A stretch of DNA of 64,000 nt from assembly GCF_006345805.1 (NCBI RefSeq), contig NC_043004.1, positions 46,996,001 through 47,060,000 on the forward strand, written 5' to 3'. Source of the stretch: Octopus sinensis (lineage: Eukaryota). Position 1 is the first letter of the stretch. Every line of letters begins with the position of its first letter. Below the pieces are notes generated by a model. That model had not been told where the DNA came from. It saw nothing but the letters and a program-made list of their open reading frames with translations, and ran no database searches. The translations under genes and the position numbers were made by a program. Below, piece after piece: positions 13,185-26,475 of this stretch.

Positions 13185-13592
13185 GGATCCTTTCAGTTTG
13201 AACGGCAGTTTTTTAAAATAATTCCCACGTAACTAAACACTTTGAAATTCGTATACTGGTAGAATAAATTTATAAAACATCCTTTTCTCTTGGCTTTATT
13301 GAGAAAATTCTATAGTTTGTAAGATATTTGTTGTTTTTTTTTCTTCAATTTCTGCAATTTCAACCAATCAATGACGTTCTATTGAGGTGAAAACATTCTG
13401 TGCCGTATGAATATGTCCCTCGTTTAAGAAACATTTTTACATTTGTGAAGAAAAAAAGATACCCTTCCCCCACCCCAAACCCTAACCCTAAAACAGATTG
13501 AAATGCAATAGATCGATACTAGGGTCATAATTATGGGTGACAATTTCATATGACACCGCTAGAAAAAACTGCCATTCAAACCGAAAAGATCC
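13185..13592. mobile_element. MITE with GG-starting TIRs of about 29 bp and 8-bp TSD (Merlin- or hAT-like)
   Basis: TIR GGATC(C/T)TTTC(A/G)GTTTGAA(C/T)GGCAGTTTTT; perfect TSD AAAAGATG (13177-13184, 13593-13600); internal CCCTAA x2. Confidence 0.9.
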
Positions 13593-15964
13593 AAAAGATG
13601 TCCACAGAGCATGTGGAGACGAAATTTTCCGTTACACAAAGCCTTACCGCTATTTTCAGTCACTTACAACACAATACTCGTTGGTCAAAGATCCGTTGTA
13701 ATTGTTCGTTTCTTTAGAGAACTATTAACGAGAAAAGATGTTGTTTGGAGATGCTCGTAGAATATCATACACAATGTGCCGTAAGAAGGACATATGCGAA
13801 ATGAGCATTACACAACAAAAGTTTCTTTATGCATTCTAGCAGTGTCCAAATTGCCGACTACTGAATTTATCTGGACAGTTACTGAGACACTTGCTATTTG
13901 AGCTTATAAATATTATCCTACCACTATTTTGTTTTAGCATGAATAACATTCAGTTTTCCTTTGTGCTATATCTACGGCAAGCATTTTCGTTTGAGGGATG
14001 CAGAAGAGTGTGAGCTGAATTGAGAGACACCCTCCCGCTTGTTCCCGCAGTCATCAATTTTCTCCGAGTTTGAACTTGTAGAGGAAGATGATAGTGGAGT
14101 ATTAGTTTCTATCTTCTTGGATATGCGTTGAAAGATACATGATGGTAGGACAATTGGGCAGAGAAAACTAGCCTCCTCGAACAACAAATTGTATTTCTTT
14201 GAAGAAAGCAATGATATTTACAGAACTATGATGGTATATAGGCTCACTGAAATGTGCACCACAAGCATTTGTACTTTACATAAGGAAAGTCACAGATTAA
14301 TACAAGCTGCTTGATGTATGTTGCATTCATGTGAAGTAAATATTGATATCACTGAATACACGTGTGAAATAAAGAGTTGAATGTTGACCGGATTGGATAC
14401 ATGTGATTTTGCTAAATATTTTAGTTCAAACAATCACAGCGCTTGGAAATTGAGGCCAACGACCAAAAATTTATTGCTATGTAAAGCCATAACTTCCAAG
14501 AAACTTTAAAATGAAAGTGACACAATAGTAAAATAGCTAACAGAGTATGCTGTCCATTTGACGCAAGACAAGGTCGACTTATGAACCTTTTATGCTTAGC
14601 TAAAAGGATTTACATTTTCTCAGTCAGATGAACTAGAAAATAATGTGTCTAGCTACTCTTTTCATAACGTTCAATAATATTTTAAACTTTTAGTCATTTT
14701 CTAGCCATTTCTTATCACGCAGTTTCACACACATTTGCTATGGTAACATTGTTATAAAAGATATTGTTCCAGTTGACGTGTGGCTTCAGGTATGTCGTTC
14801 AATAGATATAGATTAAATAAAAATTATTCTCCTAACAGTAAGCGAATCAGACTGTCGATTTAAACTGCATTATATTCTACTCTAGAATAAATAAAACTGA
14901 CAGTATTTGGCAAATAAGAAAATTGAAACAGGATATTAAAACTTGTCCAAATAAAACATCTACGTCTCAAAAACATAATGTAAAGATTAACGATGTAATA
15001 ATTCGTACATAAAATATAAAAAAAGAAAAGAAATTGGGGCTCGTGTTATGTATACAATATGTTATTTTTAAAACATTTTTTAAAATGTACATATGAGACA
15101 AGTAATTGAGTTTCAGGAAACTGAGAAGTTAAGCAAGTCTAGAAAAAGGAATTAAATTAACGTTAGAAAATGTTTGAATAATCATATATAACTTGCCCAG
15201 AGCATTCTAACGTGAATGTGAATTCTTGGGAAAACAGTCAAATTACTAAACGCGTGTGATTCAACACCGAGAGATGTTGTTGAATTGAATAAAAATTATA
15301 TATTGTATATATCAAAGATTGCGAGAATCGGTAAGTTGTTTAACTGAATACAATACCGAACAGAAGAGAGAGTATTTCTTTGGAAATTTTAACAATAATA
15401 TCTCAATACGGTTGCGTGAGTGTAAAGCAATGATAAAAAGAATCATTTAAGAAATTAAAAAAAATTACCTACTGGAATTCTAGATGTACAGAAATTTCTA
15501 TACAAACATTCTTGACAAAAAAAATGGCAGCGAAGCGGAGTAAATGGTTTTATTATTGAATCTAGTTTATTTAAGCTTTGCGTTGACCTATACCTATAGT
15601 GCAGTTTACTTTTGATAACATATCCTTACATAGACGCAGGCCAGAAATTTGTGGGTAGGGTAAGTTGAATATTCAGATCTTCATTCTTGACTGTTACTAA
15701 ATTTTGTCGACTTTGAAAAGATGAAAGGTAAATTGGAAGTCAGAACACAGTAAGAACACTATTCTATTTTCTTTCTATGTTGAACGAGATTGTGTAAGAA
15801 AAGGTGGTATGTTTCAATCATTTTGGTTGCGCGTTCGAAGTTATTGCGAAAACTTATCCGAGTGAGTGCGTTTGAGTTTATTTCTGTGATGATGTTCGTG
15901 ATTAATATTGGTTTCAAATTTTGGTACAAGGCCAACAATTTCGTGGAAATGTGTTCGTCGTCCC

Positions 15965-16235
15965 CCTGTGATCAACTGGTACTTATGTTTTCATCCCCGA
16001 AAGGATGAAAGGCAAAGTCGGCCACGCCAAAATTTGAACTCATGCAATAAAACAAACGAAGTGGCACAAAGCTTTTTACCCGACTTTCTAATGATTCTGA
16101 CATCTCGCTGCCCGGCCCTGCGCGTAATATTACCCGTGTAAAAAAACGGTGAGTTTGTAGATTCGTTACAGCGCCTGACAAAATACTTAGCGGCATGTTT
16201 CCGACTTGACGTTCTGAGTCCAAATTCAGTCCAAG
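15965..16235. mobile_element. Two partial SINE family A copies in opposite orientation
   Basis: A minus-strand core at about 15,968-16,040 (ACTGGTACTTATG...GGATGAAAGGCAAAGTCG) and a plus-strand head at about 16,160-16,235 (AAATACTTAGCGGCATG...GTTCTGAGTCCAAATTC). Confidence 0.75.
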
Positions 16236-16239
16236 TATA

Positions 16240-16467
16240 TATTTCTTTACTACCCACAAGGGGCTAAACACAGAGGGGACAAACACGGACAGATAAACGG
16301 ATTAAGTCGATTATATTGACTCCAGTGCGTAACTGGTACTTAATTTATCGAGCCCGAAAGGATGAAAGGCAAAGTCGACCTCGGCGGAATTTGAACTCAG
16401 AACGTAACGGCAGACGAAATACGGCTACGCATTTCGGCCACTGTGCTAACGTTTCTGCCAGCTCGCC
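16240..16467 (-). mobile_element. Full-length SINE family A
   Basis: Collinear with 1541-1761 (roughly 93% identical by eye); the 5' end reads GGCGAGCTGGCAGAAACGTTAGC on the minus strand. Confidence 0.9.
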
Positions 16468-16682
16468 GCCTTGTCCAAGTATACACTGCCTTTCATTCCT
16501 TCAGTGTCGAGAAAATAGGTATCATTTGAGCACTGGCGTATATGTTATCGAATTGCTGGCCTTGTGACTTAATTCAAACCAATATTACCAGTGTAAATAG
16601 AGTGTTATATTGTCACCCATTATGTGAAATACATATCCATTTTCCTGACTACAGATCTATAAATATGTACCACACAAATAGG

Positions 16683-16818
16683 TGCTGCTGTGTGGTAAGA
16701 TGCTTGCTTCCCAACCACATGGTCCCGGCTTCAGTCCCACTGCGTGGCATCTCGATCAAGTGTCCGACCATAGCCTTTTGAGTGGATGTGGTAGACGAAA
16801 ACTGAAAGAAGACCGTCG

Positions 16819-16820
<2 letters not shown>
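16683..16820 (+). mobile_element. tRNA-derived SINE family B, 5' half, running into (AT)n
   Basis: GTGTGGTAAGATGCTTGCTTCCCAACCACATGGTCCCGGCTTCAGTCCCACTGCGTGGCA...GTAGACGAAAACTGAAAGAAGACCGTCG-(AT)n. A related copy lies at 63,600-63,730. Confidence 0.75.
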
Positions 16821-16879
<59 letters not shown>

Positions 16880-17309
16880 CAAGGAAAAATTATAAAAAGG
16901 CAGAATGCTAAATTGAAGTTAAATTTTAATGAAAATGGGTGTATGGAAAGTTTTCAATAAATATATATATATATATATTTATGGAAAATTTTTTAAATAA
17001 ATATATATATATATATTAATTCAAACTGGTTTTCGTCGTAATGCGACTTTTCAAGAATTGTATGATGAAAATAATTTTTTTTTTATAATTGAGGAGGGGG
17101 AGAAAGAAAATTACATTGTTTTTTGCAAAAAAATAATAAACATATACAAAAATTACAAAATAGGTACACCGATACATTGTAAAGTCTTTGTGTATCTCGA
17201 GTTCAATAATAGTTCTTGAAAAAATTACCTTGGAGGATTGCGATCCATGTGATTAAATCCATGTGGGACCGTTGAATTACGAGGACGTAAACACATATAT
17301 ACATACCTA

Positions 17310-17411
17310 AGTATGTGTGTGTATATATATATATACATATGTATATACATACATACATATATATATGTATGTATATTTCTACATATATATATATGTATAT
17401 ATATACATATG

Positions 17412-17453
<42 letters not shown>

Positions 17454-17526
17454 GATACATATATATGCATGTATACTTATACATATACATATGTATATAC
17501 ATACATATATATATATATATACATAC

Positions 17527-17557
<31 letters not shown>

Positions 17558-17606
17558 CATATATATATACTTATACATATATATATATATATGTATGTAT
17601 ATATAC

Positions 17607-17650
<44 letters not shown>
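17310..17650. repeat. Compound (AT)n/(ATAC)n/(ATGT)n microsatellite
   Basis: About 340 bp of interrupted dinucleotide repeats; source of the spurious YIYI ORFs. Confidence 0.95.
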
Positions 17651-17654
<4 letters not shown>

Positions 17655-17707
17655 GTGACCCTAGTATCGATAAGTATGTGTATATATATATATATACACA
17701 CATACTT

Positions 17708-17788
17708 ATCGATACTAGGGTCACAATTATGGGTGACAACTTAATACGACACCGCTAGAAAAAACTGCCGTTCAAACCGAAAGGATAC
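17708..17788. mobile_element. Terminal fragment of the GG-TIR MITE family
   Basis: Matches 13,510-13,592 (ATCGATACTAGGGTCA...AAAAACTGCCGTTCAAACCGAAAGGAT). Confidence 0.85.
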
Positions 17789-18093
17789 TAATCTCATGAA
17801 ATTAACATCAGATTTTTGTTTTTTTAATTTTGTTGGTAGCTGTTTAGCCATTATAGACAGGCTTAACCCAGGTTCAGTTAATTTTTGTTTGGCTACTCAC
17901 CGTTCAACGTACTCAAAAACTAGCACTGTAGTGAAAACACGTGATATCTTATACGGACGTCTTTGGCTTAGTTATATTACAAATGATAGTAGATAATCAT
18001 ACAATACTTTTTCATTAGACAAGAGATATTCAATAATAATTCTCAAGATTTATGTATTTTTGCTAAAAATGATATTTATGTATTAAGGATTTG

Positions 18094-18541
18094 AGATTTT
18101 TCGGATTGAACGGCAATTTTTTCTAGCGGTGTCATATGAAATTGTCACCCATAATTATGACCCTAGTATCGATCTATTGCATTTCAATCTGTTTCAGGGT
18201 TAGGGTTAGTTATGGTTAGGGTTAGAGTTAGTGTTAGGGGTGGGGAGAAGGGTATCTTTTTTTTCTTCACAAATGTAAATTAACCCAATCTGTTTCTTAA
18301 ACGAGGAGCATATTCATACGACACAAAATGTTTTTTTTATTCAATGGACGTCTTCGAGTGGTTGAAATTGCAGAAATTGAAAAAAAGAAAAACAGCAAAT
18401 ATCTTACAAACTATAGAATTTTCTCAATAAAGCCAAGAGAAAAAGATGTTTTATAAACACATTCTACCAGTATACGAAGTATAACATTTTTTAGTTATCT
18501 AGAAATTATGTTAAAAACTGCCGTTCAAACCGAAAAGATCC
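18094..18541. mobile_element. GG-TIR MITE copy, inverted relative to 13,185
   Basis: Both TIRs present (the left is degenerate); internal TTAGGG-like array at about 18,196-18,240; TSD not recognisable. Confidence 0.9.
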
Positions 18542-19508
18542 AATGTTTGTTCCAAATTTCAGTCATTGTTTTCTTGTGTCCTCGTCTAATCAAGTTAATT
18601 CACTCAGAAAACCGTAAATATTACTTTAACAGTTGAATATCGGTATTCAACTGCTGCCTGCCATCTTGAAGGACTTGAAATCTTGCGTCAAGTAAAGATG
18701 ATGATTGGCAGTTCGACATACTGAGTGACGTTGAGCAGAGATACGGGAAGACTATATATTTTATTCCTCAAGATATTTGGTCTACGATTACCTGGGATAG
18801 CTTCCAGAAATTTTCAACTTGGCAACGCTACAGAGAAAGCATACGATATTAATTCTACAGTGTGGTCTGATTGATCTGCGTGGAATGTATCCAAAATGCC
18901 AAAACTCTGCAGCAGGCATGCATTCGGTATTGGAGCGTTTCTGACTTGTGCAGGTATGTTGAACAGCTAATTGTGAGTGTGGACGTACTTAACTATCGGC
19001 AATATCCATTGTATCATAGCACGTCTCTTCTTTAACCGCACAGAGATATATGTTTTCCTCCAAAACCTTAACCCTAAATCGAACACCTTTATCTTCGTTG
19101 AAGCCCTTACCAATTGTTTTTCTTTAAGTTACATATGAAGAGATATTGAGTGTAATGAGAAAATTGCTCTTTTTGTAATGAAAAGATTGCGAACCGTAAT
19201 ACAAAATGCTGGAATGACTAGAAGTCCTTGAAGTATGTACAAGGGAGTGCAGTAGATTGAAGAAGATATTCGCAGCATATATTCAGAGTGAATTTGGATT
19301 TGTGTCGTTCTCGATAGAGTTAAGCTGGTGATTCGATTCGAGATCTATACCCTTCTCTTTCAAGATTTATGTATTTGTATAACATGTGTAGTTTATAATT
19401 CATTCGTGTTCTCCTCATTTGTTAATTTGTTATTCGGCCCATGTATTATATTTTGATAATACATGATATTAACCCTGAAGCTCCGATAATCAATGACACA
19501 GTTGTTTA

Positions 19509-19770
<262 letters not shown>

Positions 19771-19789
19771 GATTATCGATATCATTAGT

Positions 19790-19960
19790 CGCAGCAATGC
19801 GGCGAACCGGGGAAAATTGCTTAGCGGTATTTGGTTCCACTTTACGTTCTCAGTTCATTTTCGGTGTGATTGACTTTATTCCATCCCTCCAAGGTCGATA
19901 AAATAAATACCATTCAAGCACTGGGGTCGATGTCGTCGACCTGCCGCCTCCCACAACCAA
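19790..19960 (+). mobile_element. Diverged SINE family A
   Basis: AAATTGCTTAGCGGTATT...TTACGTTCTCAGTTCATT...CATCCCTCCAAGGTCGATAAAATAAATACC...CACTGGGGTCGATG. Confidence 0.75.
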
Positions 19961-22079
19961 AATGTTTGGTCAATTTCTTATAAAGTGTTAGTAGTATCTA
20001 TGGTGCTGATGGTGGCGATAGCAGTATAGTGGTGCCATCAGCTGTATAAGTAATAGTAGGAGGATGAGGAGGAGAGGGAAATGCAGCAGTGTAGTTTTTC
20101 CCTTTAAATAGGAAGGCTGCACATTACTGTTTGTACAAGGAAGACTCTAATTTTGCTGCTTCTTTTAGCAAAATTCATTAAGTTCAAATATTCTAAAACG
20201 AAATCAAATATACAATACGCATTGGAAAGTAATGGAAAAGCTTAAAATTCACAGAGGAACCTTTTTGCGAAATAGTTTACCATACTTGATGTTTGTCCAT
20301 TATATATTTGATTGACAGTTTGTGTTTTGGAGAACATCATTGAACAAGCTAAAGAAATATCGAATATAAACGAAAGTAAAGAAATAAAGCATCATTAAAG
20401 TTATCACGGATTTAATCCCTGCACACCGATGTCATATATTTGAAACAACAAAATATTTAACTCTGTTGTTACGGATGTAACTGCTGAACCGTTTGTTCAT
20501 TGGTGGTCTGATTTGGTTGCATATAAATGAAATTCCTTTAAAACCACTTGATCGATATCATACAATTCGCCCATTCATCAAGGTGAAAAACTATCGTTGA
20601 TGGCTATAAAAATATTATAGTTCCTCCGGTTCACTAAACATGAATGAGTGTATATAAATATATATATATATACATATACATACATATATATACGTAATAC
20701 ATATGTAAGGGTGTATATTTATATATGTATGTATGTATACACAGTAACACGCAAAGCCACACGCCTGCACAAACTCACGTATCACAAATGCGAGAGTTAC
20801 TGATTTATGGTCGAAGATATTCATTATTGCTTAATATCAGAGGACACAATTTCAAATAACTAAAAGCAGCCGTTTGAATTTACTAATGCATAGAGCTGAA
20901 ATGCACTAATAAACAAACTGCAATATGGATCAGAAATGATGTGGAACAATTAGCCAAGCAACGAATTTAAAATGTCCTTTTCCAGCAATGCGTTACATGG
21001 TTTCGAATGTTAAATTTGCTTCAATGAATTTCTATTATCGGCGAACGTTTATGATCCATGCGGAAATATGGTTAGGAGATATTACACAGAATTAATAAAA
21101 GAAATGGGCATATAAAATCCAAATATGGGAAGTAAACAATGTCTTTTTGGTAAGATACTTTTAGCCTGTACATCAATCATATTAATACAAATATTATATA
21201 TCAACTTCATAAAATATCTTTGGCAGAAACACATAAAAAGTAACCCATAAGCAGATACAGGTGCTTATAGGTATACATACTGATACATAGAAAAGTTACT
21301 AAATGATAACTTATTTCAAATATTCATTATGTAAAAAATATGTTACCCGACTGAAATTTGTAATGATATTATTTGAATAAATTAGCGTCGAAACAATGAA
21401 GTTACTTATTCTTTTGGTGGTGATTTCAGAAGTAATTGTTTCAAAATAGTTAGAGCATTCTACCTCTTCTATTATCTTTATACTACTTACTATACAAAGA
21501 AATAATGGTATTGCACACATTTCATACGAGTTAAATTTTGTTGTGTTTCACCTTACATTTACACATGGAATTCTCTCATAAATTTCTATGTACTTAAGAA
21601 TAAGCAAGAACACACGGTTACAAAATTAAGTATACATACAGATAAATGCACATAAATACTTAAATATATGTGTATATCTGTCCTTTGTGTCTTGTTCTGT
21701 GAATGTGAAAACACATGATCTAGTTGAAAATGTATTAATCTGACAGTCGTTTTGTGGTGAGTTCGAATCGGAGACTAGTCAGGTAGCGTTATCCTTCGAC
21801 ACAGTGAATTCAAACACAAAAGATCCTTCAGCCTTCCTGAACCAAAGTAGAGACATTGCCTATAAACTTTCTTAAACATAGGCCCAGCATTGTTTACTGG
21901 ACTGATAACAGTCCAATTTCCAAAATTATGGAAACCAAATAAACGTTTATAGGACTGTTTATAGTTTTCACCGAGAACACGATCGTAGGAGTACTTGAAA
22001 TGATCAGTAAAGAAAATAATCGCTGGATTACCATTCATGTAAGAAGGAAAAAAAGATTGCATTAACTGGTACGTCACAT

Positions 22080-23300
22080 TGAAAGGAGGAGAGAGTTATA
22101 AGTATGTAGGTGTACTAGAATCAGACAGAATACTAAATATAGAAATGAAAATTAAAATTGAGGAGTACATCAGAAGGTTGAGGAAGCTAATGAAGTGAAA
22201 GCTAACTGGTCCGAATCTAGTGAAGGCTGTAAATACTTGGGCAGTATCATTACTTAGATACACATCAGTATTTCTAGATTAGACAAAAACTCAATTAACA
22301 AAGCTAGGCAGAAGAACTAGGAAGGAATGCAATATGTATAGAAGACACGACCGAAGCACAGGAATACCAAGATTATACCTACCCAGAAAAGACGTTAGAA
22401 GTGGGTTTATATCAGTGGAAGACTGCATGTAGATAATAGTGAAGAAAGTTTATTAAAAGCTGCTAGAGCCACAGCAAGACACAGGGAAACCAAAATAGCA
22501 AAACGAATTTAAAAACCAGTTAAAAAATATCTGAATGGTAGGAGAAGGCGTTGCATGGAAGATGTCCAAAGACTGTTTCAGCAAATAGGAATAGTAAAAC
22601 ATGGTTAAGGCTGCAGAAGAGAAAGCTGAAGAGGGAAACACAAAGTTTGTTAGTAGCTGCACCTGGTTAAACAGTAAGGACTAATTAAATAGTTCTTAAT
22701 AGCCAATATAGACAAAAACCAAATAGATTCCCAATGTATATTATGCAAATCAAAAAAGAATGGGTTACCCATAGAGTAAGAGAATGTAGCATGCTAGCAC
22801 AGAAAGTATAGAAGAAGAGACATGATAATCTAGGGAGAGCAATCCACTGGGCGCTTTGTAGAGAGCTAGGATTTGTCCATACTGATAAATCGCATGAACA
22901 TGAACCTAGTAAACTACAAGAACGTAAGAAGTACAAGATGTGGGAGTTTAAAATTCAAACTGACTGAGTAAAGAAGCTAGAAAGCCTGATTAGATAGTAG
23001 TAGATAAAGAGAATAGAATGTACCAGATAATTGACTTTACAGTCCCAACTGGTGAAAGATTTTAAATGAAGAGTAGAGACAAATAGTACCAGGACCTAGA
23101 GATTGAATTACAGAGACTATGGAAAATGCAGACAAGATGTGTCCCAGTAGTTATAGGTGCATTGTGTAAATACCTACACAAATGGATAGAGGAAACAGGC
23201 ACAAAATCCAGTTTAGGACAGCTGCAGAAAACCGTGTTATTAGGAACAGCTAGGATACTTAGGAGGGTTCTTGGCATCTAAGGTTATTTGCTGTAACCCA
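22080..23300 (+). mobile_element. Degraded R4/Dong-clade (REL-endonuclease) LINE 3' portion
   Basis: Plus-strand translation gives YKYVGVLESD, AVNTWAVSLLRY, PRLYLPRK, RHDNLGRAIHW, VPVVIGAL and LQKTVLLGTARILRRVL; many stops. Confidence 0.8.
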
Positions 23301-23389
23301 ATACGAGGGTTCTTCGCATGTAATTGTTGTAGCCTGATTCTTTTTTTCCCAACAGTGTAATCTGTTGAGTGTGTATAAAAAATAATAAT

Positions 23390-25220
23390 CTTTTTACCAA
23401 AGGCATAAGGCCTGTAATTTTGGGAAGTGTGTTAGTTGATTACATCGGATCCAATACTCAACTGGCGCTTATTCTATTGTATCCAAAAGAATGGACTGCA
23501 AAGTTCACTTCGGTGTCATTTGAGCTTATAGCGGGAATAAGTATTTTGTCCAGCACGGTAACCATTTTACGAACACGACATCTTTCATAATATTTCTTTC
23601 TAATTCTGGTACAGTACCAGTGAATGTAAAGTGAGGAAGTCGGTTTCATCGACCCACTACAAAACTGTTAATTATTTTATGAATCTTTAGACGATGAAAG
23701 GTAAAATCGACCACAGCATAATTCAAACTGATGATTTATAGATCCGAAAGAAATGTCACTCAGCATTTTAACCAGCTTGTTAACTATTTGTCACCGTGTC
23801 AGTTTCTATTTTTTCTAATATAATCACTAACAATGAAATACTAAGTGAGAGTACTAGTCGATTATATTCCAGTGCTGAACTGTGACTTATTGCATCTACC
23901 TGTAAAGAATGAGAGTGAAAGTTTAACTCGGCGGCATTTGAATTAAAAACGTAGAGAAAGGGAAAATGTCGCAAAGTATTTTCTCTGAGGCTTTAATGAT
24001 TCTACCAACGATAACTCTTAAAAAAGATCCTTAGTATATTCACTCTTCAAATTTCTTGAACTTAGTACCTATTGTGCCTTTGCTTACATATTTCGAATTT
24101 ACAAGGAACAATTCTCAATTTTCCTATCTTCAACACTATCATTATGACTAAAACGCTATTACCATTATTAATACTAATTTCCTTTTTATTTTTTTACCTT
24201 CAAGGCTATCTTTAATTTTCCAAATTAAGACTATTATCCTTAATCACCTTCGTTCGTATCCATGCCTACTTAGTTACACTTGCGCAACTTTTTTTTGGAA
24301 ACGTCCTTATAAAGAATTGCTTTGAAATTATTGTAAAATGAAGTTTTAAAATAAAATATTTTTTCAAACAATTTTATAAAAACCCTGAAAGAAATTAAAA
24401 ACATGTTTTTGGAGTGCTTCACAAAAATTCATGTTAAGATATTCACATTTAATATCATAATTAATATTATCATTTTCCTGTCATTAGACTATAATTTTGT
24501 TCGTATTTTCAATTATAATTTTATGTTTATTTCAACATACATGTATTTATAATTTCTAGCCAAACATAATTATACTCACATAATCCCATTTTTTCTTTTG
24601 TCATATTACTGATAATATATTCCATCGTGCACTATAATTATATTTATCATTAACATAGATATGATGGTAGTGAGAGGGATAGGTCAGTGTGGTGCAGGAA
24701 ACCTTAGAACAATTTGTTTCGGGTCTCTTATTTTGAGTTCAAATCATATTATGGTCTTCTATTCTTTGCCTTTTCGGATTGATAAAAAGGAAGCACCAGC
24801 CACTCTTTGTGGAAAACCATGTAAACTAAATCCTTTCTCTTCAAAATCGTCGTCTTTACATTAAATTAGAAATCATTATCTTTTTTCAACTTTTGACAGC
24901 AGTTTAGTACGAATGAAGTACTCGACTCGTAAAGTATTTTATTAACCTTGAAATGATAAAAGCCAAAGTCTACCACGGCTATATATTTCTTAATAATTTT
25001 TTTTTTTTTAGACGCTTTCAAAGCAGTGCGTTTCTTATATTGTTACCGCCCTGGGCAAAATGCCTAGTGGTATTTCTTTCGTCTTTATGTTTTGAATTAA
25101 AATTGTGCCGTGGTCGACTTTGTCTTTCATCGTTTCGACATCGATAAAATAATTATCAGTTGAATACTATTGTCGTTGTAAACAACTGACGCCCTCCACC
25201 GAAATTGCTGGCCTTTACAC
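23390..25220. mobile_element. Cluster of about six degenerate SINE family A copies
   Basis: Recognisable cores at about 23,395-23,570, 23,620-23,780 and 23,850-24,010 (minus), 24,670-24,790 (plus), 24,900-24,980 (minus) and 25,020-25,220 (plus). Confidence 0.65.
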
Positions 25221-25249
25221 AAGATGAGTAACGCCTATTATACTATCGC

Positions 25250-25780
25250 ATATATTATTCCCATTTACTCTATCCCTTCGCCTGAATCCACCAATCAGTA
25301 TTCTTGTAAACGCCAACGAGTGATAGTAATTCAATTTCAAATACGTAACAACGTGAGATTCCATCCAACTCCCTACATGATCATGAATCTTCCTCTTTTA
25401 TCACCACCCTATTAAAACGTAAATTTTTTTTTAATGTCATTCACATCTACGTTTTTTTTTAACGTCATTCACATCTACGTTTTTTTTTTAAATGTCATTC
25501 ACATCTCCTGTTTATTAAAAAGCAATATATCCATACATCACCCAACATCCATACAACACCTATCTTCAGAAGCATACATGCAGAAACTCACACTCATACA
25601 TGATCATTCAGAACATCCGAACTCATATACGTACAGCTTCTTTTCCACCCTATAATTTTTTAACATCCATGAAATTCACACTCCAACTATCAGTACATGA
25701 ATATCCTGTACACCTCCCCTTTTACGCAACAAATTTTTGCCGATAACACCCTAGGTTACCCACAAGTCTATAAATTAATA
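25250..25780 (-). mobile_element. Possible degraded RTE-type LINE fragment
   Basis: The minus-strand translation includes LLRKGEVYRIFM, which resembles the RTE post-RT LRVKGxVY motif; heavily decayed. Confidence 0.4.
25418..25506. repeat. About 3 copies of a 27-29-bp minisatellite (TnAAYGTCATTCACATCTACG)
   Basis: Directly visible tandem units with variable poly-T. Confidence 0.85.
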
Positions 25781-26184
25781 TGTTCAGCTGTGAAATCTGT
25801 ATTTTCCAGTCAATTTGTTTTCAGCAGGACCAAAACAATTTTAGCATCACTAAACAAATAAATTCAACCAGCTTGTAATCACTCATTTGATGAATGAGTT
25901 TGTGAATTTCCAGCAGTGACTCGCAAAAAATTATTGCCTTGAATTAAATGTTTAACTTTCATTTCTCTCTCTCTCTCGTTCTCCACCCACGCTCAACTCT
26001 CTCTGCAACGCTTCCGCTTTCTCACAATCGGTAGCTATTGTGCCTGAATGCTTGCATGTTGCTGCAAATAGTCTTAAATATAAATATTTGTGTGTACGAA
26101 TGTGTGTGTGTGTGTGTGTGTGTGTGAGGACATCGGGAAAGACGGAGTGATGTAATGTTATAGATATCCACATGACAACAATTT

Positions 26185-26340
26185 CGGGAGAGGTCAGTAA
26201 GCCGATTACATTGATCTCAGTGTTAAACTGGTACTTATTATCTCGACCCAGAAGGGATGAAAGAGAAAGTCATCTTGGGCGTAATTTGAACTGAGAACCT
26301 AATGGCGGACAAAATGCCTCCGAGGATTCAAACCTCTGTC
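26185..26340 (-). mobile_element. Degenerate SINE family A
   Basis: CGATTACATTGATCTCAGTGTTAAACTGGTACTTATTATCTCGACCCAGAAGGGATGAAAG...AATTTGAACTGAGAAC. Confidence 0.75.
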
Positions 26341-26418
26341 CTATGACATGTATTATATGCATTTATTTATCTCTCCTTTATTTCAATAAATTGAAAATTA
26401 TATATCATCTTCATCACG

Positions 26419-26475
<57 letters not shown>

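Noticed and set aside
13972-14211. 79-aa Ser-rich minus-strand ORF as a possible terminal exon
   Set aside because: Weak acceptor, no homology, and it cannot be joined in phase to the 12.7-kb candidate with a good donor.
21775-22077. 100-aa minus-strand ORF
   Set aside because: No recognisable motif or clear splice boundaries; within chance expectation.
25418-25506. Short repeats (27-29 bp here; also the 101-bp and 160-bp units) as CRISPR arrays
   Set aside because: Head-to-tail tandem units without unique spacers, no cas genes, and a eukaryotic context.
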